The notes below the pieces were generated by a model, which searched no databases, had not been told where the DNA came from, and worked only from the letters and a program-made list of their open reading frames with translations. Below are positions 57,118 to 64,000 of a stretch of DNA of 64,000 nt, piece by piece. The stretch is taken from NCBI GenBank assembly GCA_013215565.1, contig JABSQV010000130.1, positions 8,880 through 72,879 on the forward strand, written 5' to 3'. The translations under genes and the position numbers were made by a program. Source of the DNA: Myxococcales bacterium. GTDB lineage: Bacteria; Myxococcota_A; UBA9160; SZUA-336. The stretch's first letter is position 1, and each line of letters begins with the position of its first letter.

Positions 57118-57743
57118 TGCCCTCGCTCGGTATCGATCCCGCAAAGACCGGAGCCATGCTCCTCGGCGAAGGCGCTCAGGCCCTCGCCGCGGTCTGTTGG
57201 AGACAGCGGGGCGTCGGCGAGGATGCGGTGTTCGATGTCGCGGCCTGCGGCGTCCACACCGAAACCGTGACCCAGACTCACGGATTACTCACGGCTCACG
57301 CCATCGCGTGTTTCGCGGTCGAGTACCTGCAGCCCTGGATCATCGGCGGGGGTATCTCGCGGGTCGCCTGTGAGGATGTCTACGTGGGCCAGAACGCGCG
57401 CGGGTCGCTCGGGCTGGCGAAGTTCGCTGGCGGCCTTGTTGGACCTCTCGGCGCATGGACTCGATCAGGGAAGCCCGAATGGGCGACGGCGGGGCAGTGG
57501 CGCAAACCCAGCTTCCGTCGAAGCTGGTGGAAACTGCAAGCCGTCGCCGCCGGGAAGTGCGCCAGCAAGATCGTGGCGAAGCGAACTGGCGAAGAGGTGA
57601 TGCCGAAACGGGAGGCCGCCAAGCGGGAGAGCCTGTTGGTGATGCCGAAGCTGGTGACCGATCTCGATGTGCTCCTCCAACGGCTGGGGCGCACCGACCA
57701 CCTGACAGATGCCGCAGGGGTGCAACGGTGGGCGACCCTGTAG
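57117..57743 (+). CDS. RuvC-like Holliday junction resolvase
   Basis: LGIDPAKTG, VACED, DHLTDAAGV. Confidence 0.75.
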   Translation: MPSLGIDPAKTGAMLLGEGAQALAAVCWRQRGVGEDAVFDVAACGVHTETVTQTHGLLTAHAIACFAVEYLQPWIIGGGISRVACEDVYVGQNARGSLGLAKFAGGLVGPLGAWTRSGKPEWATAGQWRKPSFRRSWWKLQAVAAGKCASKIVAKRTGEEVMPKREAAKRESLLVMPKLVTDLDVLLQRLGRTDHLTDAAGVQRWATL

Positions 57744-58816
57744 ACCTTTGCCGTCGGTGTCGGTATCGGGGTCTGCAGCCCGCGCGCCCGACCTACGACC
57801 AATGCAACCGAGACAATCTTGTCGCTGTTGATCCTGTGGTCAGCAAGTGGCGGACGCTCAACTTCAACACGCCTGGATCATCCGGGTGCCCAGGTTGGAG
57901 GAATGGAGGAGCAGCGATAGAAGTGGGACCGGTCAGAGTTGAGGATGTGGTCGAGGCGACCAAGCGAGGTCTGGATTGGTACGTCCTCCTTGAGAACCGC
58001 ACCACCAGAAAAGCCTTCTACAAGGCCGAGGGTGGCGGTGGGTTGAATGGCAAGAACAGGATCTCCTACGGAGCCACCGGATCCAAGGGCATCTTCAAAA
58101 ATGATGTGTCGCTCACCTACGTGGTCAAGAAGCTCCACGAGAAACTCGGCGGGCACTACAAACACGTCGCCTCGACCGAGCCGCTCGCGGCGATCCTCGC
58201 CAAGCGGGCGAGACCCCAGACCCGAGAGGAGCGCCTCGCCGAGCTGAGCAAGTTGAACCGTGGCACCCTCCGCATCCTCTGCGCCCAACTCAAGGCGAAG
58301 CCCAAGGGGCAGAACGGGAAGTGGGAGATGGTCGACGCGCTGATGGATGTCTTCGACGACAATGCCCCGAAGTCATCTGCTCGGGTTCGTCGGTCAACGA
58401 TGGCGAAGACCCGAGAGCATCGGTCAAGCCCTATCTTCTCGGAGCTGTCCCCACGGGATCAGCGGGTCGCCGAGCTGCGAGGCATGGCGGAGAGGATCCT
58501 TCGCAAGATGGCCAGACTGGTCGGGGCGGAGACTGTCGGCCTGTCCAAGGAGGGCATCATCGAGGTGCTGATGGATGGGGTGAAGCGCCCGCTGCGGGAT
58601 CGACTCGCCGGCACCACGATGAGGGAATCCACCAAAGAGGGTCTCTACACGACGGCGGCACGCGAGGGATGGGATCTCCACGATGTCGAGGAGAGCTTCA
58701 TCGACATCTGGGACTCCAGGCGGGTGAACCTCTACACGGATCAGCAGGGCAGGCTCTGGGTCGTGGCGATCCCGCGCGAGGACGGCCAGAAGCCACTATT
58801 CGGTCTCGTTCACTAG
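57728..58816 (+). CDS. WGR-like domain + tandem Rho_N/HeH protein
   Basis: ISYGATGSKG...KKLHEKLGGHY; LNRGTLRILCAQL, LRKMARLVG...SKEGIIEVL; start uncertain. Confidence 0.5.
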   Translation: MGDPVDLCRRCRYRGLQPARPTYDQCNRDNLVAVDPVVSKWRTLNFNTPGSSGCPGWRNGGAAIEVGPVRVEDVVEATKRGLDWYVLLENRTTRKAFYKAEGGGGLNGKNRISYGATGSKGIFKNDVSLTYVVKKLHEKLGGHYKHVASTEPLAAILAKRARPQTREERLAELSKLNRGTLRILCAQLKAKPKGQNGKWEMVDALMDVFDDNAPKSSARVRRSTMAKTREHRSSPIFSELSPRDQRVAELRGMAERILRKMARLVGAETVGLSKEGIIEVLMDGVKRPLRDRLAGTTMRESTKEGLYTTAAREGWDLHDVEESFIDIWDSRRVNLYTDQQGRLWVVAIPREDGQKPLFGLVH

Positions 58817-58842
58817 CCGATACCAAGGCCCAGAGAGGAACG

Positions 58843-59232
58843 ATGCCGAAGCCCACACCCATCGAAGTCCAGTTCATCTGGGAGACCTGGCGGCAGACCC
58901 GCCCTCGTCCGAACCTCTGCAGGTTCACCAAGGATCGGGACAAGCTGATCAAGGCTCGCCTCGAGCTGGGGTACTCGGCGACCGATCTGGTCGCACTGGT
59001 CCGCTACATGACCGAGAGCAATGACAGCCTCCCCCGCTGGATGCGAGGGGACAACCCGCGCAAGAAGTCCTACATGGACCTCGACAACCTCTTCCGCGTC
59101 GGCCAGCTCGGCAAGCGCGTCGAGGCGGCCCTCATCTGGATCGAGGAGTTGGAGAAGCAGTCGACGCCCGACGCCTCGAACCCCTGCGGTACCGAGCTGG
59201 GTCCGATGGGTCGCTTCGGGCGCGGTTCATGA
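58843..59232 (+). CDS. Phage replication initiator C-terminal-like domain protein
   Basis: LIKARLELGYSATDL...WMRG...YMDLDNLFR; upstream of the primase-helicase. Confidence 0.6.
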   Translation: MPKPTPIEVQFIWETWRQTRPRPNLCRFTKDRDKLIKARLELGYSATDLVALVRYMTESNDSLPRWMRGDNPRKKSYMDLDNLFRVGQLGKRVEAALIWIEELEKQSTPDASNPCGTELGPMGRFGRGS

Positions 59233-62200
59233 GTCAGAGCCAGGCGTGGATCGCCAACGTCAAGTCGAGGACCCTGACGACCGTCGCCCCAACCCTCGGC
59301 CTCAGGCCGATGCGAATGAACAGCTACGGACCGTGCCCAGCCTGCAGCGAGTCCCAGCGAGGTAGCGACGATCGGCGCGGTGCCATCGGAGCGGCGAAGG
59401 ACAAGCGCGGTTGGCGCTGCCATCGGTGCAACGTCAAGGGCGATGCCGTCGACCTGATCGCGTGGGTCAAGTACGGCAAGGGCTCCAGTGACCTCACCGG
59501 GGGTGAGTGGCACGAGATCCGCGACTGGTGCAGCGATGAAGGGTGGTGCGACTCAGCTGCCGCTGGCGGCGAGGGCAGAGCCAAGACCCGCTCGGCGGGG
59601 TCGTTGGTTCAGGGGCTCATGGGTCAAGACCGCAGACGCGATCGTTCCCCCAGCGTGCCCAGCGACAGCCCTCCGAAGGAACGATCGGGGAACGGTGGCC
59701 CGTTCGCGTGGCGGGAAGGTCTCGCCGAGGAGTGTGCGATTCGACTTCTAGGAGCCTCGCGGTCGGTGGCGACCGAGCTCCCAGAGCGACTCAACCCCGA
59801 GCCCGACGCCTGTGCCGACGCGGTGATGCAGTACCTGCAGGAAGGTCGGATGTTCACCCTCGACACGATCAAGGAATGGGGTCTCGGCTGCATCCAGGTC
59901 AAGGGCGAGCCCTGGCTGACGATCCCACTCCGAGATCACAGCGAGAGGGTTGTAAACGTCCGTTTCCGCAGCGTCCCCCCAGCCAAGAAGGCGTACCGAG
60001 TCTGCCCTGGCCGACCGCTGCCCCTGTTCGGCGCTGACCGACTGGGGATGGATCTCGGCTCCCCGGTGCTGGTCACTGAGGGGGAGCTCGATGTCATCGC
60101 CATGTGGCAGTACGGCTACCAGGTGAGCGTGGTCAGCGGGACCGCTGGGGCATCGACCTGGAAGGACGAATGGCTCGATGCCCTGGAAGCCTATGAGGGG
60201 TTCACCCTGCTCTCGGACAACGATGATGCGGGCAACGCCCACGCCAAAGCCTTCGCCGAGAAGATAGGGCTTGACCGATGCTCTCGGGCGATCCTCCCGC
60301 GCAAGGATGCGGGGCAGTGCCTCATCGACGAGATCCCGGTCGAGAGCGTCGGCCGGTGCATCGAGTTGTCTCAGCCGATGTTCGGGATCAAGTTGAAGCG
60401 GGTCGACGCCTACGAGGGCGATCTCCAACGACTGATCGACAACCCTGAGGAGTTGGTCGGCCGACCCACGGCATCGAAGGCGATCAACCGCTCGCTCGGA
60501 GGGTGGCGGCCTGGTCTGATCATCCTCGGTGGTGACACCGGTCAAGGTAAGGCCCAGCCTGTCGACGAACCGGTGCTGACCCCAAGCGGAAAGTGGGTGC
60601 CCATCGGATCTCTATCTCCAGGCGATAAGGTGGTGGCCGTTGACGGCAAGCCCACCAAGGTGTCAGGCGTGTTCCCGCAAGGGGTGCGAGAGATCCGAGA
60701 GGTGGAATTCAGCGACGGTACTCGCGTGCGTTGTGATCGCGAGCATCTGTGGTCCGTTCGAACCGACACACACGTAAGGCGAGGCCAGGCTGGGAAGGTG
60801 ATCACGATCGACGAGATCGCTTCCTCACTTCGCGGAGATGGTGGTCGATACCGCTGGCGCGTTCCGCTGGCTGACCCTACGGACAGGCCCGACACTGACC
60901 TCCCACTCGATCCCTACGTGTTGGGTGTCCTGCTTGGCGATGGGAGCACGACGCGCCGCGCCGTGGTGTTCACAAGCGCAGATTCAGAAGTTATCGACGG
61001 GGTGCGAGCGCGGCTCCCTGCTGGTCATCGAATGTCTGTGTCCGACACCCCCAGTAAGGCAAGGCGGTGCAACATTGCGGCCGGAACCGCTGATCGAAAC
61101 CAAGTGACCCACGCACTTCGCGGCCTTGGGGTCTGGGGTAAGCGCGCCCGCGACAAGTTCGTACCTGAGACCTACCTGATGGGTTCCGTGAACCAAAGAT
61201 TGGAGTTGTTGCAAGGGTTGATGGACACCGACGGCTACGCCTCAACGAAAGGATGGTGCATCTTCACAACATCGTCTGAAAAGCTGGCTCAAGGCGTGCG
61301 CGATCTGGCCCACAGCCTCGGCGGCTCGACTCGGACAAATACCAAGATCCCAACCTACAGATACGGAGGGAAGAAGCATCAAGGATTGCTCGCCCACAAT
61401 GTGATCGTGGTGCTTCCCAATGGCCTACACCAGCGCATGTTCACCATCGAGCGGAAGCGAGACAGGATCAAACGAGTCTGGAAGCCGATGCGAAAGATCG
61501 TGGCTGTACACGATGCTGGCAAGGCCGAATGTGTGTGCATCGCGGTCGACCATCCGAAACATCTCTACGTGACTCGCGGGTGGATCGTGACCCACAACAC
61601 AACGGCGGGCACCTGGGCATGCTGGGAGGATTGCAGGCGCGGCACCCCGACCATGATCACCAGCTTTGAGAACAGGCCCGTCGCCGCGATCCAGAAGTTG
61701 CTCCGGATGCAGCTCGGCGGGGACTTCCTCAGAGTGACACCCGACGAGAGGCGCGAGGCGCTCCGCGAGCTGGGGCACATGCCGTTGCACGTCGTTGACC
61801 ACTACGGGCAGATCGAGCCCAAGGTGTTGATGGAGAGCATTCGGTACGGCGCCCGCCGGCTCGGGGTGAAGATGGTGCTGGTCGATCATCTGGGGTTCTT
61901 GGTGAGCCCTGACGCGGACGATGAACGCCGAACCATCGAGGCGGTCATCCGCGCCCTCGCCCTCACGGCCTATACCTACGGGGTGACCATCTTCCTCGTC
62001 TGCCACCCCAAGACCCTGGAGCGTGGACAGACGGTGCCCACCATGAACGACTTTAAGGGGGCGTCGGCGATCAAGCAGGATGCATCAGAGGTCATCATCA
62101 TCGAGCGCGATCCGCCGCGTCCGAATGCCAAGCCGCCCCGCGATTGGCCGGCGGCGATCTGGCACTTCACAAAGGTGCGGTCGGAGTTTGGTATTCCTGG

Positions 62201-62309
62201 ATCGAAGGCAACTCTGGCGTTCGGCCCGCTGTCGTGCAGGTACGCCGATGCCTGGGAGCTACTGCCCGACGCATCGGGTGGGCAACTGCTGATCGTCCCG
62301 CCGACTTAG
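59229..62309 (+). CDS. T7 gp4-like primase-helicase (Zn finger, TOPRIM, DnaB) with intein
   Basis: CPAC...CHRC, VTEGELD, DNDDAG, GDTGQGK/T, VLVDHL, FKGASAIKQDA. Confidence 0.92.
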   Translation: MSQSQAWIANVKSRTLTTVAPTLGLRPMRMNSYGPCPACSESQRGSDDRRGAIGAAKDKRGWRCHRCNVKGDAVDLIAWVKYGKGSSDLTGGEWHEIRDWCSDEGWCDSAAAGGEGRAKTRSAGSLVQGLMGQDRRRDRSPSVPSDSPPKERSGNGGPFAWREGLAEECAIRLLGASRSVATELPERLNPEPDACADAVMQYLQEGRMFTLDTIKEWGLGCIQVKGEPWLTIPLRDHSERVVNVRFRSVPPAKKAYRVCPGRPLPLFGADRLGMDLGSPVLVTEGELDVIAMWQYGYQVSVVSGTAGASTWKDEWLDALEAYEGFTLLSDNDDAGNAHAKAFAEKIGLDRCSRAILPRKDAGQCLIDEIPVESVGRCIELSQPMFGIKLKRVDAYEGDLQRLIDNPEELVGRPTASKAINRSLGGWRPGLIILGGDTGQGKAQPVDEPVLTPSGKWVPIGSLSPGDKVVAVDGKPTKVSGVFPQGVREIREVEFSDGTRVRCDREHLWSVRTDTHVRRGQAGKVITIDEIASSLRGDGGRYRWRVPLADPTDRPDTDLPLDPYVLGVLLGDGSTTRRAVVFTSADSEVIDGVRARLPAGHRMSVSDTPSKARRCNIAAGTADRNQVTHALRGLGVWGKRARDKFVPETYLMGSVNQRLELLQGLMDTDGYASTKGWCIFTTSSEKLAQGVRDLAHSLGGSTRTNTKIPTYRYGGKKHQGLLAHNVIVVLPNGLHQRMFTIERKRDRIKRVWKPMRKIVAVHDAGKAECVCIAVDHPKHLYVTRGWIVTHNTTAGTWACWEDCRRGTPTMITSFENRPVAAIQKLLRMQLGGDFLRVTPDERREALRELGHMPLHVVDHYGQIEPKVLMESIRYGARRLGVKMVLVDHLGFLVSPDADDERRTIEAVIRALALTAYTYGVTIFLVCHPKTLERGQTVPTMNDFKGASAIKQDASEVIIIERDPPRPNAKPPRDWPAAIWHFTKVRSEFGIPGSKATLAFGPLSCRYADAWELLPDASGGQLLIVPPT
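60552..61598 (+). mobile_element. Ala-start (class 3-type) intein with LAGLIDADG homing endonuclease
   Basis: GK|AQP...EHLW...YVLGVLLGDG...LLQGLMDTDG...ECVCIAVD...IVTHN|T. Confidence 0.9.
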
Positions 62310-62369
62310 CGATCCGGCGCCGTCACCGATACTACCTGGCGTTCCCAAAAAACAACCGGAGGGACAGCC

Positions 62370-63350
62370 ATGATCGTTGATTTCACAGTGGCGGGCGAGG
62401 GGCTCGCTCGACTCACCAAACTGACCCCACGTGTCGACCCCGGCACCGAGGAGCGCCGCATGTGGGATATCGATCTCGTTGCCGTGCTCGATAACGAGGG
62501 TGCCGCTGTCCTGCAGTCGGGGATCCCGCATGCGCAGGACTACCTGTCCCGCGCGACTAGCAAGATCGCCAGCGCGGTCATCAAGGTCAAGCCGGTCGCG
62601 AAGGAGATCGGGCTGACCCTCCAGAGCAACAAGGGCGTGATGGTGCTCGACAAGGTGGCCGGCGAGATCCGGTCGCTGCAGCTCAACCTCACCGACCGAG
62701 CGCAGGGCTACACGGCCCGCATCCGAATCCACGCCCTCGACCGCAAGCAGTCGGCCGACCTCTTGATGGTCCAGGGTAAGACCGTCGCCGTGACCGTGGA
62801 CCCCCGCCAGCAGCCCCTACCGCTCGAACGCGGGGCGAGGGTCGGGGACGTTGTCTCGGCCCGCCTGGCCGACGGCAACGACGTGTATGGGCTCTACCGA
62901 GGTGAGCGCGATGGAGGTCACCTCGTCGACGACTTCGGAGTCCTCTACCCCGCCGAGGAGATCATCTCGTCGCTGGTCATCGAGGACGAGGGTGGGGTCC
63001 TCGCTGCCCAGTACGGCGAGGAGGCCAGCGACAACGGCACCCCGACGTGGCGCAACATCGTGGTCGCCCTGTCGAAGGCATTCGCCCGAGGCGCCCCCGG
63101 AATCCGCAAGGCCAACAACGCCTGGGTCCTCACCGAGCAGGTCGTGGACGATGCCATCGCGCTGGGCCTGCCTGACGGCGGGGTCGACGACGACAAGGAG
63201 AAGCCGCTTGCGGAGATGAGCCGTGAGGAGCTCCGAGAGGTCTGCCGCGGAGAGGGGATCAAGGGATTCTCCAAGATGAGTCTCGACCGCCTGCGTGCCG
63301 CGATCACCGCAGCTCGCGAGGTCCGTGAGTCGGGAGCCTCCAATGGCTGA
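62370..63350 (+). CDS. Hypothetical protein with C-terminal Rho_N/HeH
   Basis: LAEMSREELREVCRGEGIKGFSKMSLDRLRAAI. Confidence 0.65.
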   Translation: MIVDFTVAGEGLARLTKLTPRVDPGTEERRMWDIDLVAVLDNEGAAVLQSGIPHAQDYLSRATSKIASAVIKVKPVAKEIGLTLQSNKGVMVLDKVAGEIRSLQLNLTDRAQGYTARIRIHALDRKQSADLLMVQGKTVAVTVDPRQQPLPLERGARVGDVVSARLADGNDVYGLYRGERDGGHLVDDFGVLYPAEEIISSLVIEDEGGVLAAQYGEEASDNGTPTWRNIVVALSKAFARGAPGIRKANNAWVLTEQVVDDAIALGLPDGGVDDDKEKPLAEMSREELREVCRGEGIKGFSKMSLDRLRAAITAAREVRESGASNG

Positions 63351-63621
63351 TGAGAAATGCACCACCGTTGGGCTCGATGTCGAGAGCCTCTCACGGTCGG
63401 TCGAAGACCCGCGACTCTCCTCCCTGCTTTCGAGCGGGTGGGAGGTCGTGGCGGCCTTGACCGTCGTGGACGGCAAGGGCGAGCCTGAGTTGCGGCTCGT
63501 ACTGCGACCGCCGCGCAAGTGGCTGCGGCAGGTCATCGTCGGAGGGATCGTTGCTGGGGTCGTGGGTGGTGCGGTGTTCTGGCTGCTCTCTGAGCTGCCT
63601 CAACTCACCATCGGACTCTAG
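63343..63621 (+). CDS. Small membrane protein
   Basis: C-terminal hydrophobic segment VIVGGIVAGVVGGAVFWLL. Confidence 0.5.
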   Translation: MADEKCTTVGLDVESLSRSVEDPRLSSLLSSGWEVVAALTVVDGKGEPELRLVLRPPRKWLRQVIVGGIVAGVVGGAVFWLLSELPQLTIGL

Positions 63622-64000
63622 CCGATCCGGCCCCAGACCTCGATGCGGTAGCCGAGCGTGTTGGACCCATCGTCATTAACGAGATCGATGATCTTGTTGG
63701 TGCCGCTGACGACCATCGCGTCGGCTACCGGGTCGTAGAAGATCCGCATGCTTCCTGGGGGCAACTTGATTCCGGCGGCCGTGCCGAACAGGTTCGTGAA
63801 CCCGTTGGCGGCATTCGCGTTGACGGTCAGACCGCTCGCCGAGCTGGACGCCTTGTGCTCGATGAAGATGAGTAGGGTGTCGGTCAGCGCCGTGGCAACG
63901 TCGTGGGCGTCGAGCGCCGTCTGGAGATCGATCGAGACCGTCGCGCTGGTTCCGATCTCGGCGGTGCCGGCGTCGTCGGTATCCTGGGCAAACAGGCCGG
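63618..64000 (-). CDS. 3' end of a probable virion structural protein (starts beyond the window)
   Basis: Hand-translated open frame ...SATVSIDLQTALD...YRIEVWGRIG*, beta-rich, GC3 bias. Confidence 0.55.
   Translation of the reverse strand, partial: GLFAQDTDDAGTAEIGTSATVSIDLQTALDAHDVATALTDTLLIFIEHKASSSASGLTVNANAANGFTNLFGTAAGIKLPPGSMRIFYDPVADAMVVSGTNKIIDLVNDDGSNTLGYRIEVWGRIG

Overview
High-GC tailed dsDNA phage (siphovirus-like); probably most of one genome, since both window ends fall inside minus-strand virion-type genes. The minus strand at 1-20.4 kb carries the morphogenesis module: tail protein, tape measure, frameshifting tail chaperones, major tail, neck genes, capsid, protease/scaffold and a portal-head morphogenesis fusion. 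That module also holds a three-module glycosyltransferase-TPR gene, an inverted head-closure-like gene and a small tRNA/tRNA-like RNA cluster. 20.4-53.6 kb is an accessory region with a lambda GpA-type terminase, DNA-modification genes, a sigma-like factor, a J-domain protein, a proteasome-beta-like protein, a MoxR AAA/VWA triad and an AEP primase. 53.8-63.6 kb (+) is a recombination/replication module with an intein-containing primase-helicase. The most striking hidden structure is a family of about 13 dispersed promoter-plus-leader cassettes (-35 / 17 bp / TAnnnT / GGACCT-ACCAACAGAGAG-N6-9-ATG). They head accessory genes, several of them decayed, and some abut truncated neighbours. Also notable: an anticodon-less 94-nt tRNA-like RNA, an attP-like tRNA-Lys 3' fragment and a perfect 50-bp inverted repeat. 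A DADTD-repeat VWA-like lipoprotein hints at a Myxococcota host. All protein calls are from motif recognition by eye, with no database searches.
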